A DNA stretch of 64,000 nucleotides from Chloroflexota bacterium (GCA_022561985.1 JADFQE010000001.1:3344-67343), one strand, 5' to 3'. Counted from the stretch's first letter, positions 20,448 through 30,875 are shown. Made by a program: numbers and translations. Notes: generated from the letters alone by a model not told the origin.

Positions 20448-21806
20448 ATGGCAGCGAAGCGCGGCGGTGAGACCCTGTTCGAGCACCTCGGCAAGCAGCG
20501 CGAGGCCGGGTCAGCGCCGCTCGCGGCCCGGATGCGGCCGCGCACCCTCGAGGAGTTCACGGGGCAGGAGCACATCCTGGGCCCCGGCCACATCCTCGAG
20601 CGCGCCATCGCCACCAAGCAGGTGCCGTCCATGATCCTGTGGGGCCCGCCCGGGTCCGGCAAGACGACGCTTGCCCGGCTCGTCGCCGGCCTGACCGGCG
20701 CGCACTTCATCGGGCTCTCGGCCGTCACCTCCGGCGTTGCGGACCTGCGCAAGGGCGTCGAGGAGGCCCGCGAGCTGCGGGCGATGGAGGACCGGCCCAC
20801 GATCCTGTTCATCGACGAGGTCCACCGCTTCAACAAGGCGCAGCAGGACGCCATCCTGCCCCACGTCGAGAACGGCACGGTCACGTTCATCGGCGCCACC
20901 ACGGAGAACCCCTCGTTCGAGGTCATCGCGGCGCTGCTCTCCCGCACGCGCGTCCTCGTGCTCAAGCCGCTCACCGACGAGCACATGGCCGTCATCATCG
21001 ACCGCGCGCTCACCGACACCGAGCGCGGCCTGGGGAACGAGCACCTGGAGCTTGAGCCGGAGGCCCGCGCGTTCCTGCTGACGGTCGCCTCCGGCGACGC
21101 CCGGGTCGCGCTCAACGCCCTGGAGCTGGCCGCGCAGATCGCGCAGCCGGACGCCGGCGGCGTGCGGCGCGTGGGGCGGGCGTTCATGGAAGATGTCCTC
21201 CAGCGGCGTGCGCCGATGTACGACAAGGCTGGCGACTCCCACTACGACACCGTCTCGGCCTTCATCAAGTCGGTGCGCGCCTCCGACCCGGACGCCGCCG
21301 TGTACTGGCTCGCGCGGATGATCGAGGCCGGCGAGGACCCGATGTTCATCGCGCGCCGCATCGTGATCTCGGCTGCGGAGGACGTCGGCATGGCCGACCC
21401 GAACGCGCTCGGGATCGCCGTCGCCGCGCAGCAGGCCGTCCACTTCGTCGGGATGCCGGAGGGCGCGATCCCGCTCGCCGAGGCGGTCGTCTACCTGGCC
21501 ACGGCGCCGAAGAGCAACGCCTCCTACGTGGCTCTCAACCGTGCGCTGGAGGAGGTGCGCAGCGGTCAGCAGTACCCGGTGCCGCTGCACCTGCGCAACG
21601 CCGTCACCGGCCTCATGCGCTCGTTGGGCTACGGGAAGGACTACAAGTACGCCCACGACCATGAGGGGAGCTTCGCCGGGCAGCGGAACCTGCCGCCGGA
21701 GATCGAGGACAAGCGCTTCTACGAGCCGGGGGACCAGGGCTACGAGCTGACGGTGCGGGAGCGGATCGAGACGTGGTGGCGGAATACGAAGCAGAAAGAC
21801 GAATAA
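20448..21806 (+). CDS. rarA: replication-associated recombination protein A (AAA+ ATPase)
   Basis: 452 aa. LWGPPGSGKTTLARL, ILFIDEVHRFNKAQQD and the MgsA C-terminal block YDTVSAFIKSVRASDPDAAVYWLARM. Confidence 0.9.
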   Translation: MAAKRGGETLFEHLGKQREAGSAPLAARMRPRTLEEFTGQEHILGPGHILERAIATKQVPSMILWGPPGSGKTTLARLVAGLTGAHFIGLSAVTSGVADLRKGVEEARELRAMEDRPTILFIDEVHRFNKAQQDAILPHVENGTVTFIGATTENPSFEVIAALLSRTRVLVLKPLTDEHMAVIIDRALTDTERGLGNEHLELEPEARAFLLTVASGDARVALNALELAAQIAQPDAGGVRRVGRAFMEDVLQRRAPMYDKAGDSHYDTVSAFIKSVRASDPDAAVYWLARMIEAGEDPMFIARRIVISAAEDVGMADPNALGIAVAAQQAVHFVGMPEGAIPLAEAVVYLATAPKSNASYVALNRALEEVRSGQQYPVPLHLRNAVTGLMRSLGYGKDYKYAHDHEGSFAGQRNLPPEIEDKRFYEPGDQGYELTVRERIETWWRNTKQKDE

Positions 21807-21992
21807 ATGCCTGATACAGATGCATCCTATAGACGGTATCGGGAAAGTTGGAGACAGTAGCTCTGATACTCGCCGGAACCCCTTGCACGCTGCCGGTGGG
21901 AGGCGTACCATGGATATGCGGGGGTCGGAAGGGAGGGGCTGCGGCGTCTCCACCAGGCATCCACCGCGGTAGGATCGTCAGGAGGTGGCAGT

Positions 21993-22067
21993 GTGAAGAA
22001 GGCACTCTACGTGCTCAACCACCGTTGGCACTTCCCTAGGTGGGGCCCTTCGGAGGCGTGTGGCTAA
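21993..22067 (+). CDS. candidate small ORF, 24 aa (MKKALYVLNHRWHFPRWGPSEACG)
   Basis: GTG 21993 has AGGAGG 7 nt upstream and a TAGGAT hexamer at 21970-21975. It lies in a 488-bp A/T-richer gap between convergent genes. No homolog is known to me. Confidence 0.2.
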   Translation: MKKALYVLNHRWHFPRWGPSEACG

Positions 22068-22294
22068 CGTCCTCTGAAGGGGTGCAGGGCCGGACGCTCC
22101 GCCATGATTCTCAGATGAGCAATCCCGGGGGACGGGACGACCATCACCTTGGGTCTAGTAGGCCCAGAGCAGCGACGGAGCAGAGGCACGGTCCCGGCGT
22201 CACGAGCGCCGGGGCACAATCGGACGCCGGGGGGGCCGCAAGGTCGCTCCGGCGTCGTTGCGTTCGCCTCAGAGCACGCCGTGGGGCGTGGACG

Positions 22295-23305
<1,011 letters not shown>

Positions 23306-23412
23306 GGTGTCGGAGCGCAGGTCGATGGCGATGGCGTGCTCCTTGTGGGTGGGCTACGAGGCGATTCTAGCGCAGCGTGCGCGGCGCCGTAGGGCTGTGC
23401 GCTGTGCCCTGC

Positions 23413-23418
23413 TAGACT
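23413..23418 (+). promoter_or_regulatory. -10 box TAGACT (TGCTAGACT extended form) for a near-leaderless lspA
   Basis: ATG 23428 is 10 nt downstream of the hexamer end. A degenerate REP (AGGGCTGTGCGCTGTGCCCTG) lies immediately upstream. Confidence 0.4.
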
Positions 23419-23427
23419 GGCGAGGCC

Positions 23428-23949
23428 ATGATTGCGTTCCAGCAACGCCACCGTTTCGTCGTGCTCGTCGCTGCGGCGCTGTTCGCCCTCGACCAGGGCA
23501 CCAAGGCCGTCGTCGTGCAGAACCTTGCCCTGGGACATTCGTGGCCGGGCGAGGGGTTCTTCCGCATCACGCACATCGCCAATTCGGGCAGCGCCTTCGG
23601 GCTGCTCGACGGGCAGAACGTCCTGCTCACCATCGCGTCGGCGGTGGGGATCGGCGTGCTCGTGCTGTTCTACCGCTCCCACGCGAACCCCGGCCTGCTG
23701 GTGCGCCTGAGCCTTGGCCTCATGCTTGCGGGGGCCTTCGGGAACCTCACCGATCGGCTGGTGCGCGGCTACGTGACCGACTTCGTCGACATCGGGCCCT
23801 GGTACATCTTCAACGTCGCCGATGCCTCCATCGTCACGGGCGTCATCATCCTGGCGGTGAGCATCGTTCGCCCGGAGCCGGCCCCGGCATCCGCAGAGCC
23901 GGAGCCGGCCGCCGCCGTCTCGCCAGCCGATGACCAGCCTGCAAGCTGA
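23428..23949 (+). CDS. lspA: lipoprotein signal peptidase II
   Basis: 173 aa, 4 TM segments. Motifs ITHIANSGSAFGLL, GNLTDRL and VTDFVDI. Confidence 0.85.
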   Translation: MIAFQQRHRFVVLVAAALFALDQGTKAVVVQNLALGHSWPGEGFFRITHIANSGSAFGLLDGQNVLLTIASAVGIGVLVLFYRSHANPGLLVRLSLGLMLAGAFGNLTDRLVRGYVTDFVDIGPWYIFNVADASIVTGVIILAVSIVRPEPAPASAEPEPAAAVSPADDQPAS

Positions 23950-24856
23950 CCCCTCGCGCTCGCTGGAGGTGGACGCGGCCTCCGCGGGAGAGCGCGTCGA
24001 CCGCTTCGTCCACTCGCGCTGCCCCGACCTCAGCCGCTCGCGCTGCGCCGCGCTGGTGCGCGAGGGCTGGGTGACCGTCGACGGCGCGTCCGTGAAGCCC
24101 TCGACGCTCGTCCATCCGGGACAGACCGTCCGGGTCGTCGTGCCGCCCCCCGTGCCGCTGGACCTGGTCGCCCAGGAGATGCCGCTCACCGTCGTCTACG
24201 AGGACGGCGACATCCTCGTCGTCGACAAGCCCGCCGGTCTCACCGTGCATCCGGGCCCGGGGCATCCCGACCGCACCCTGGTCAACGCGCTGCTGGCGCT
24301 CGTCCCGGACCTGCCGGGCATCGGCGGCACGCAGCGCCCCGGCATCGTGCACCGGCTGGACAAGGACACGTCCGGGCTCATGGTCGTGGCGAAGACCGAC
24401 CGCGCCCACGCGAGCCTGACGCGCCAGCTCAAGGAGCGCCGCGTGCGGAAGACCTACGCCGCGCTCGTCGAGGGGGTCGTCAAGCGCGACGACGGCGAGC
24501 TCGACGGACCGATCGCGCGCCATCCGCGGAACCGCAAGAAGATGGCGGTGGTCGAGGGCGGGCGCGAGTCGCTGACGCGCTACCACGTCGTGCGCCGCTA
24601 CGAGCGCGTGACGCTCATGGAGGCCTACCCCCACACCGGGCGGACCCACCAGATCCGCGTGCACTTCGCGGCCCTCGGCCACCCGCTCGTGGGCGATGCC
24701 GTCTACGGCAGGCGATCGCCGCTGATCGAGCGCCACTGCCTCCACGCCGCCCGCCTCGCGTTCCACCTGCCGCCGGACGAGAGCGAGCTGCGCGAGTTCG
24801 AGGCGCCGTTGCCGGAGGACATGGCGGGCGTGCTCGCGGTGCTCGACGCGGCCTGA
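23930..24856 (+). CDS. RluA-family 23S rRNA pseudouridine synthase (RluD-like, S4 domain)
   Basis: S4-like N-terminus. Motifs VVDKPAGLTVHPG, HRLDKDTSGLMVVAK and HQIRVHFA. It overlaps lspA by 20 nt. Confidence 0.85.
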   Translation: MTSLQADPSRSLEVDAASAGERVDRFVHSRCPDLSRSRCAALVREGWVTVDGASVKPSTLVHPGQTVRVVVPPPVPLDLVAQEMPLTVVYEDGDILVVDKPAGLTVHPGPGHPDRTLVNALLALVPDLPGIGGTQRPGIVHRLDKDTSGLMVVAKTDRAHASLTRQLKERRVRKTYAALVEGVVKRDDGELDGPIARHPRNRKKMAVVEGGRESLTRYHVVRRYERVTLMEAYPHTGRTHQIRVHFAALGHPLVGDAVYGRRSPLIERHCLHAARLAFHLPPDESELREFEAPLPEDMAGVLAVLDAA

Positions 24857-24935
24857 AGGGGCCGCGGCCTGAACGGCGGACCCTCGTGGGTGATGGGCCT
24901 TCTCTCGGCGCGTCTGCGCCACTACCATTGCGGGT

Positions 24936-26387
24936 GTGAGCGTCCGCGTCAGATATGCACCGAGTCCCACCGGCGAGCCCCACGTCGGCAACATCCGCTC
25001 GGCCCTGTTCAACTGGCTCTACGCCCGGTCCACCGGCGGCACCTTCATCGTGCGCATCGAGGACACCGACCGGGCGCGGCTCGTCCCCGGCGCGGAGGAC
25101 GCGATCCTCGACGCGCTGGAGTGGCTCGGGCTCGACTGGGACGAGGGCCCGCGCAAGGGCGGGCCCTTCGGCCCCTACGTCCAGTCGGAGCGCAAGGCCC
25201 TCGGCATCTACCAGGAGCACGCCGACCGCCTCGTCGCCGACGGCGCCGCGTACCCCTGCTACTGCACGCCGGCGCGGCTCGATGCGATGCGCAAGGAGCA
25301 GCAGGCGGGCGGCCGCTCGCCCGGCTACGACCGGAACTGCCTCGACCCCACCAAGGCCGAGCGCGCCAGGGCCGAGAACCCGGTGGGGGTCGTGCGCTTC
25401 AAGATGCCGGTCGAGGGCACGATCGTCGTGCACGACCTGGTGCGCGGCGACGTCTCCTTCGAGGCGTCGCTGCTCGACGACTTCGTCCTGCTCAAGTCCG
25501 ACGGCTTCCCCACCTACCACCTGGCGAACGTGGTGGACGACCACCTGATGGAGATCACCCACGTGATGCGCGCCGAGGAGTGGCTGCCGAGCGCCCCCCG
25601 GCACCAGGAGCTCTACAAGGCGCTGGGCTTCGAGATGCCGCACCTGGTGCACCTGCCCATGATCCTCGGGCCCGATCGCTCCAAGCTCTCCAAGCGCCAC
25701 GGCGCCACGTCCGCGCTCCACTACCGCGACGACGGCTACTTGCCGCAGGCGATGTTCAACTTCCTGGCGCTCCTGGGCTGGTCGATGGACGATGCAACGG
25801 ACGTCATCTCCCGCGAGGAGCTGGTCGCGCACTTCAGCATCGAGCGGATCCTCGCCAGCCCGGCTGTGTTCAACGCGGAGAAGCTCGATTGGTTCAACGG
25901 CGTCTACATCCGTCAGATGGCGACCGAGGAGCTGGCCGAGGCGATCCTGCCCTGGCTCACGGCAGCCCTCCCGGACGCAGCTATCGACCGCGACTACCTC
26001 CAGCGCATCATCCCGCTGGAGCGCGAGCGGCTGCGCAAGCTCTCCGAGGCGCCGGAGATGCTGTCGTTCTTCTTCGAGGAGCAGCCCGCGCTCGACCCGA
26101 AGAAGCTGGTTGGCAAAGGCATGGACCGCGACGGTGCGCGCGGTGCGATCGAGGGAGCGCTCGCCGTCGCCGAGGGGACCGAGCCGTGGACGGCCGATGC
26201 GCTGGAGCCCGCCTACCGGGCGCTGGCCGAATCGCTCGGCGTGAGCACCGGCGGTCTCTTCGGCGCGATGCGCGCCGCCGTGACGGGCCGGACCGCCGCG
26301 CCGCCGCTGTTCGACACGATGGAGGTGCTCGGGCGGGACCGCTGCCTCGCGCGGCTGCGGCACGCGCTCGGCGTCCTGGGCGGCTAG
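24936..26387 (+). CDS. gltX: glutamate--tRNA ligase
   Basis: RVRYAPSPTGEPHVGNIR (HIGH motif) and KLSKRHG (KMSKS motif). 483 aa, GTG start. Confidence 0.9.
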   Translation: MSVRVRYAPSPTGEPHVGNIRSALFNWLYARSTGGTFIVRIEDTDRARLVPGAEDAILDALEWLGLDWDEGPRKGGPFGPYVQSERKALGIYQEHADRLVADGAAYPCYCTPARLDAMRKEQQAGGRSPGYDRNCLDPTKAERARAENPVGVVRFKMPVEGTIVVHDLVRGDVSFEASLLDDFVLLKSDGFPTYHLANVVDDHLMEITHVMRAEEWLPSAPRHQELYKALGFEMPHLVHLPMILGPDRSKLSKRHGATSALHYRDDGYLPQAMFNFLALLGWSMDDATDVISREELVAHFSIERILASPAVFNAEKLDWFNGVYIRQMATEELAEAILPWLTAALPDAAIDRDYLQRIIPLERERLRKLSEAPEMLSFFFEEQPALDPKKLVGKGMDRDGARGAIEGALAVAEGTEPWTADALEPAYRALAESLGVSTGGLFGAMRAAVTGRTAAPPLFDTMEVLGRDRCLARLRHALGVLGG

Positions 26388-26440
26388 CAAGCTGGCGTTT
26401 GCCCGGCCCGGCGCCTCTTTGCTAGCATGGTCATGCGCGT

Positions 26441-26514
26441 TGGGGATTCGGCTAGTGGTAGGCCGCCTGACTCTGGATCAGGTAACCGAGGTTCGAATCC
26501 TCGATCCCCAGCCA
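26441..26514 (+). tRNA. tRNA-Gln (anticodon CUG), CCA encoded
   Basis: Acceptor TGGGGAT/ATCCCCA with U1:A72. Anticodon arm CCTGA-CTCTGGA-TCAGG, T-arm CGAGG-TTCGAAT-CCTCG. TGCTAGCAT -10 box at 26419-26427. Confidence 0.9.
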
Positions 26515-26537
26515 CTTTTCCACCAGCCGACGGCCTG

Positions 26538-29519
26538 ATGCGCCGATCGGGGTCGTCCAGTCGGCGAGTGGGTGAACTCCCTGCTCGAGGGGGCCGCGTG
26601 GGACCACGGCAAGACGATGGACCGAGTCGTGGCTCTCTCCGATCGTTGCTCCTGCTGACGGGTGGCATCCTCGCCGCGGCGGCGTGTGTGCCGACGGGCG
26701 GCGTCGAGACGCAGGCTACCGTCGATGCTGCCATCGCCATCATCGCGACGGCGGAGGCGCGGGACGCCGCGCGGGCGAGCGGCGCCGGGGGAACGCCAAC
26801 TCCGCCATCGACGCCGGCGCCGACCCCGACGCCCACCCCGGCCGCACCGCCGGCTCCGGAGTTGACGCCGACGCCCAGCCCCATGCCGACCTCGGCGCCC
26901 ACGCCGAGCCCGACGCCCACGCAGGCCCCCACGCCCACGCCTACCCCGAGCCCGACGCCCACCCCGCCCCCCACGCCCACGTCGTTCGGGCTCGAATTCG
27001 TGGCGCAATGGCTCGGTCCCGTCACCCATGAGCTTTTCGACTTCCCGGCCGGCGTGGCCGTGTCCCCGTCCGGCGCGGTCTACGTGCTCGATTTCGGGGC
27101 CAGCCGCGTGCACCGGTTCGACCGTGACCTCGCGTTCCGGTTGAGCGAATGGGGCTCCGAGGGCAGCGGCAGTGGCCGATTCGATCAGCCCTTGGGCATC
27201 GCGGTCGGCGAGTCGGGGCGCGTCTACGTGGCCGACACGGGCAACCACCGGGTCCAGGTATTCGGGCCCACCGGCGAGTTCCTGGACGCGTGGGGGTCGC
27301 AGGGGGTGGCGGACGGCCAGTTCGAGGCGCCACGCGGGATCGCCGTGGGCCTCGACGGCGACGTCTACGTGGCCGACACCGGCAATAGCCGGGTCCAGGT
27401 GTTCACGTCCACCGGCGAGTTCCTTCGCACCTGGGGCAGGGCTGGCGCGCTCGATGGCGAGTTCCAGTTCCCTGAGGCCCTCGCGGTGAACGGCGACGGC
27501 GATGTCTACGTGGCCGATACGGGGAACCACCGCGTCCAGGTCTTCGGCGGCCGTGGCGAGTTCATGGCCAAGTGGGGTGTCGAAGGCTTCGGGATCGGGC
27601 GGTTCGCCAAGCCCCGTGGTATCGCGACGGACTCGAGCGGGCACGTCTACGTGGCCGATTCGGACAGCGCTTGGCTTCAGGTCTTCGACTCGGTAGGGAA
27701 CTTCGTGGCTGTCCGGGGCGGGCTTGAGGCTCCGTGGGGTGTGGCCGTGGATCCAGAGGGAGACGTCTACGTGACCGAGACCGGCAGCCGCCGGGTGCTG
27801 CAGCTCACCGGCATCGGGGACGCCGCGAGCATATGGGGTACCGAAGGCGTCTTGGCCGGCGAGTTCGGCTCTCCCGGGGGAGCTGCGGTGGGTGGCTCCG
27901 GCAACGTCTATATCACGGACACGGCCAACAACCGTGTGCAGGTGTTCGACAGCGAAGGGGTGTGGTTGGACGAATGGGGGGGCGAGGGTAGCGGGGCCGG
28001 TGAGTTCCGCTCGCCCGCCGGCATCGCGGTGGACGCGAACGAGTACGTCTACGTCGCCGACATGGGCAACCACCGGGTGCAGATCTTCGACGGCCGGGGG
28101 ACATTCCAGGCTGCATGGGGCAATCTTTCGAGCCAGGGCTGCGCGCTGACCGCGCCATGCCCCGGCACCGGCGCAGGCCACTTCGACCGGCCTTTCGGCA
28201 TCGCCGTCGGCCCTGAGGGGAACGTCTACGTCGCGGACACGTTCAATCACCGGGTCCAACGCTTCAGCCCCGACGGCACGTTCCTCGGTGTGTGGGGTAC
28301 GGCCGGATCGGGCGACGGCCAGTTCGCATCGCCTCGCGCCATCGCCGTCGGCCCCACGGGCGACGTCTACGTGGCCGACACCGGCAACGACCGGATCCAA
28401 CGGTTCAGCTCGACCGGGGTCTTCGATCGTGCTTGGCTCTCCGGGGGGGTCGAGCTCGGCCGTTTCCAGAATCCGCAGGGGATCGCCGTCGACCGGCTCG
28501 GGACCGTCTACGTGGCCGACACGGGCAATTCGCGCCTTCAGGCCATCGATGCTGCCGGCAGCTTGGCGATCCCGGTCAGTGTGGGCGGCGCGCTCCGCTC
28601 GCCCGTCGGGATCGCCGCTGACGCCGAAGGGAACGTGTACGTCGCCGACGCGGCGGCGGATCAGATCGTGGTGTGGAAGCCCGCCCTGCGGCTGATTCGA
28701 GATCGAGGCAGTGCGGACACGGGGGTGCTCGCGTCGCCGCAAGACCTCGCCGTGGGTCCGTCGGGGCTCATCTACGTGGCGAACACAGGCCTCGGGCGAG
28801 TCCACGTCTTCGACAGAGAGGGGGCGTTCGTCGGGGGATGGGCCCTGGAGGCGGGCGGATCTCCAGATCCGATCTCGGCAGAGGGGATCGCCGTCGATGA
28901 CGACGGGGACGTCTACATCGTGGATGCGGCCAACCATCAGGTCCAGGTCTACGACTCGAACGGGAGATTTCTTCGTGCGTGGGGCTCCGAAGGCCAGATC
29001 GAGGGTAAGTTCATACGTCCCAGCGGCGTAGCGGTGGACGCGGCGGGCGACGTGTACGTGACTGAAGCCGGCAGGAACCGGGTCCAGGTGTTCACGTCCA
29101 CCGGAGACTTTCTCCGCAAGTGGGGCACGTCCGGTAGCCTCAGGGGCCAGTTCCAGTCCCCGCAGGCCGTGGCCGTCGACGCCCAGGGGAGGATCTACGT
29201 CGCCGACAGGGACAACCAGCGCGTCCAGGTCTTCAGCGCAGCCGGCGAGTACCTCGGCGCGTGGGATGGGACGAGCCAACGCCCCGGAGGCGTCGCCGTG
29301 GATGCGCAAGGCTTCGTCTACGTGGCGGACACTCCCAACCACCGGGTCCAGGTGCTGAGTCCCCTGCTGAGCTCGATCGGAAGATGGGGTGGCGAAGGCG
29401 GTGGCGACGGCGAATTCCTGTTCCCCGGGGGGATCGCGGTGGACGGGTCAGGCCGTGTATACGTGGCCGACTCGGGCAACAACCGAGTGCAGGTCTTCGT
29501 GTTGGTCCCGGTGCCGTAG
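26538..29519 (+). CDS. NHL-repeat lipoprotein, 18 NHL blades (three six-bladed propellers) behind a Pro/Thr linker
   Basis: Signal and lipobox-like [14 protein letters not shown], then a ~65-aa PT-rich linker. I counted 18 repeats of the (D/N)[14 protein letters not shown] type. The start is uncertain (ATG 26538 or GTG 26598). The track ORF start at 26427 overlaps tRNA-Gln and is rejected. Confidence 0.85.
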   Translation: MRRSGSSSRRVGELPARGGRVGPRQDDGPSRGSLRSLLLLTGGILAAAACVPTGGVETQATVDAAIAIIATAEARDAARASGAGGTPTPPSTPAPTPTPTPAAPPAPELTPTPSPMPTSAPTPSPTPTQAPTPTPTPSPTPTPPPTPTSFGLEFVAQWLGPVTHELFDFPAGVAVSPSGAVYVLDFGASRVHRFDRDLAFRLSEWGSEGSGSGRFDQPLGIAVGESGRVYVADTGNHRVQVFGPTGEFLDAWGSQGVADGQFEAPRGIAVGLDGDVYVADTGNSRVQVFTSTGEFLRTWGRAGALDGEFQFPEALAVNGDGDVYVADTGNHRVQVFGGRGEFMAKWGVEGFGIGRFAKPRGIATDSSGHVYVADSDSAWLQVFDSVGNFVAVRGGLEAPWGVAVDPEGDVYVTETGSRRVLQLTGIGDAASIWGTEGVLAGEFGSPGGAAVGGSGNVYITDTANNRVQVFDSEGVWLDEWGGEGSGAGEFRSPAGIAVDANEYVYVADMGNHRVQIFDGRGTFQAAWGNLSSQGCALTAPCPGTGAGHFDRPFGIAVGPEGNVYVADTFNHRVQRFSPDGTFLGVWGTAGSGDGQFASPRAIAVGPTGDVYVADTGNDRIQRFSSTGVFDRAWLSGGVELGRFQNPQGIAVDRLGTVYVADTGNSRLQAIDAAGSLAIPVSVGGALRSPVGIAADAEGNVYVADAAADQIVVWKPALRLIRDRGSADTGVLASPQDLAVGPSGLIYVANTGLGRVHVFDREGAFVGGWALEAGGSPDPISAEGIAVDDDGDVYIVDAANHQVQVYDSNGRFLRAWGSEGQIEGKFIRPSGVAVDAAGDVYVTEAGRNRVQVFTSTGDFLRKWGTSGSLRGQFQSPQAVAVDAQGRIYVADRDNQRVQVFSAAGEYLGAWDGTSQRPGGVAVDAQGFVYVADTPNHRVQVLSPLLSSIGRWGGEGGGDGEFLFPGGIAVDGSGRVYVADSGNNRVQVFVLVPVP
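26790..26983 (+). repeat. low-complexity ACGCCC/CCGACG coding repeat (Pro/Thr linker)
   Basis: Encodes [63 protein letters not shown]. Confidence 0.8.
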
Positions 29520-29573
29520 GCCTGGGTCATGGGTGCGCAGGCCGCCCGGACGTGAGCGCGGACCGCGCTCCGG

Positions 29574-30875
29574 CTAGCTGCGCGGCGCGGTCCGTGCCCC
29601 AAGCAGCTCGCCTGCCTCGTCGTACTGATGGACCCGTCCGTCGGGATCGGCCGTGTAGCACCAGATGGCGCCCGTGAAGCGCACGTAGCTCTGGAGGAAG
29701 TCGGTCTGCTGGTTGTTCGCGACGACGTCGTGGCCGACCAGCACGTAGCCGTCCCTATCGCCCCCCTCGTAGGCGCGTCCGAACGGGTCCGTCAGCTTGT
29801 CGGCCGTTCCCGCGCCGGACGCCGTGTCCGGGAAGGCGCTCATGTCCCGGGTGCCCGTGGTGCACGGCGCCGTGTCGGCGGCGACGGGGTTGGGGATCGA
29901 CCCCAGGCCTGCGTGCCGCATCAGCAAGCTGACCGCATCGGAGATCTCTACCAGCTCACTCGCCCGCAGCCCCCGGATCAGGTCCGCCGGCACGGTCGGC
30001 GTGGGCGTCGGCGCGGGCGTCGGCGTGGGCGTCGGCGTGGGTACCGGCGTTGGTGTCGGCGTGGGGCGCGGCGGGCGCGGGGTCTCCACGCCGGCGGGGT
30101 CGAGCTGGTGCACGTAGCCGTCTGAGTCGGCGACGTAGCACCAGGACGTCCTCGCGAAGCTCAGGTAGTCGACGGAGCCCGACCTCAGGCCGTCGGCCGT
30201 GCGGTCGTGTCCGACGAGCACGTAGCCGCCCTTGTCCCCCAGGAAGTCGCTCCGCGCCGCGAGCGCCCACGGGACGCCATCCGTGTACGCGTTCCCGCTC
30301 GGGTCGATCAGCTTGTCGGCCGTCTCGACCGCCGAGGTGACATCCGGGAAGGCGGTCATGTCCTGCGTGCCCGTGGCGCACGGCGCCTCGTTGGCCGTGA
30401 CGGGATGGGGGATGCGCGGCAGGCCGTTATCCGCCATGAGGGCGGCGACGGCCGCTGAGACGGCCTCCAGCTCGGGCGCGCTCGGGGGCAGCCCCGGCGA
30501 CCCGGTGGGCGGCGCCGGGGCCATCGGGGACGCCGTGGGGGAGGGAGCGTCGGCCGGCCCCGGGGTCTGCGAGCCATCGGCTCCGGCGGGGGGCGTGGGC
30601 GTCGGCGTGGGATCGGGCGTTCCATCGAGCGCGGCCGCCGGAGGGGTGGCGGCCGAGGATGGCCCGGGCGTCGGTGTCGGCGGGAGCGTGGAGGCCGCCG
30701 CTGCGCTCGCTGCCGATGCCGCCGCCGCGCGGGCGACGAAGGCATCGATCGACGCGAGGAGGTCTTGGTCGTCCGCCGGGACGCACGCCGACGCGGCGAG
30801 CGCGATGGTGCTCGCGAAGAGAGCGAGCACGCGGGCGGACCGGAGCCGCACTCCGCTTCGTTCGAGAGGGCGCAC
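29574..30875 (-). CDS. secreted lipoprotein with two copies of an unrecognised ~130-aa two-Cys domain separated by Pro/Thr linkers
   Basis: GTG 30875 has GAGGAG 7 nt upstream. Lipobox LAASAC. The internal duplication is ...LMADNGLPRIPHPVTANEAPCATGTQDMTAFPD...GYVLVGHD...SWCYVADSDGYVHQLD versus ...LMRHAGLGSIPNPVAADTAPCTTGTRDMSAFPD...GYVLVGHD...IWCYTADPDGRVHQYD. Confidence 0.7.
   Translation of the reverse strand: MRPLERSGVRLRSARVLALFASTIALAASACVPADDQDLLASIDAFVARAAAASAASAAAASTLPPTPTPGPSSAATPPAAALDGTPDPTPTPTPPAGADGSQTPGPADAPSPTASPMAPAPPTGSPGLPPSAPELEAVSAAVAALMADNGLPRIPHPVTANEAPCATGTQDMTAFPDVTSAVETADKLIDPSGNAYTDGVPWALAARSDFLGDKGGYVLVGHDRTADGLRSGSVDYLSFARTSWCYVADSDGYVHQLDPAGVETPRPPRPTPTPTPVPTPTPTPTPAPTPTPTVPADLIRGLRASELVEISDAVSLLMRHAGLGSIPNPVAADTAPCTTGTRDMSAFPDTASGAGTADKLTDPFGRAYEGGDRDGYVLVGHDVVANNQQTDFLQSYVRFTGAIWCYTADPDGRVHQYDEAGELLGARTAPRS
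29994..30082 (-). repeat. hexanucleotide (GGCGTS)n coding repeat (central Pro/Thr linker)
   Basis: The plus strand reads GGTCGGCGTGGGCGTCGGCGCGGGCGTCGGCGTGGGCGTCGGCGTGGG... It encodes [26 protein letters not shown] on the minus strand. Confidence 0.8.

Noticed and set aside
21807-22294. Tested the long gap for tmRNA, RNase P RNA and SRP RNA.
   Set aside because: I found no GGGGCUGA-type tmRNA 5' end and no tRNA-like 3' end (no GGTTCGA T-arm). There is no GAGGAAAGUCCGGGC or ACAGAACCCGGCUUA RNase P box. A GUCGGAAGGGAGGGGCUGC stretch only loosely resembles the SRP helix-8 GGAA tetraloop region and lacks a complementary strand. No call is made.
26427-26537. Track ORF start for the NHL protein at 26427.
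   Set aside because: This part of the ORF overlaps tRNA-Gln (26441..26514) on the same strand. The coding region must start downstream, at ATG 26538 or GTG 26598.
26790-26983. GC-rich hexanucleotide repeats (also 29994..30082 and 30480..30700) as non-coding micro- or minisatellites.
   Set aside because: They are in frame within clearly coding lipoprotein genes and encode Pro/Thr/Ala linkers. They are low-complexity coding sequence, not independent repeat elements.
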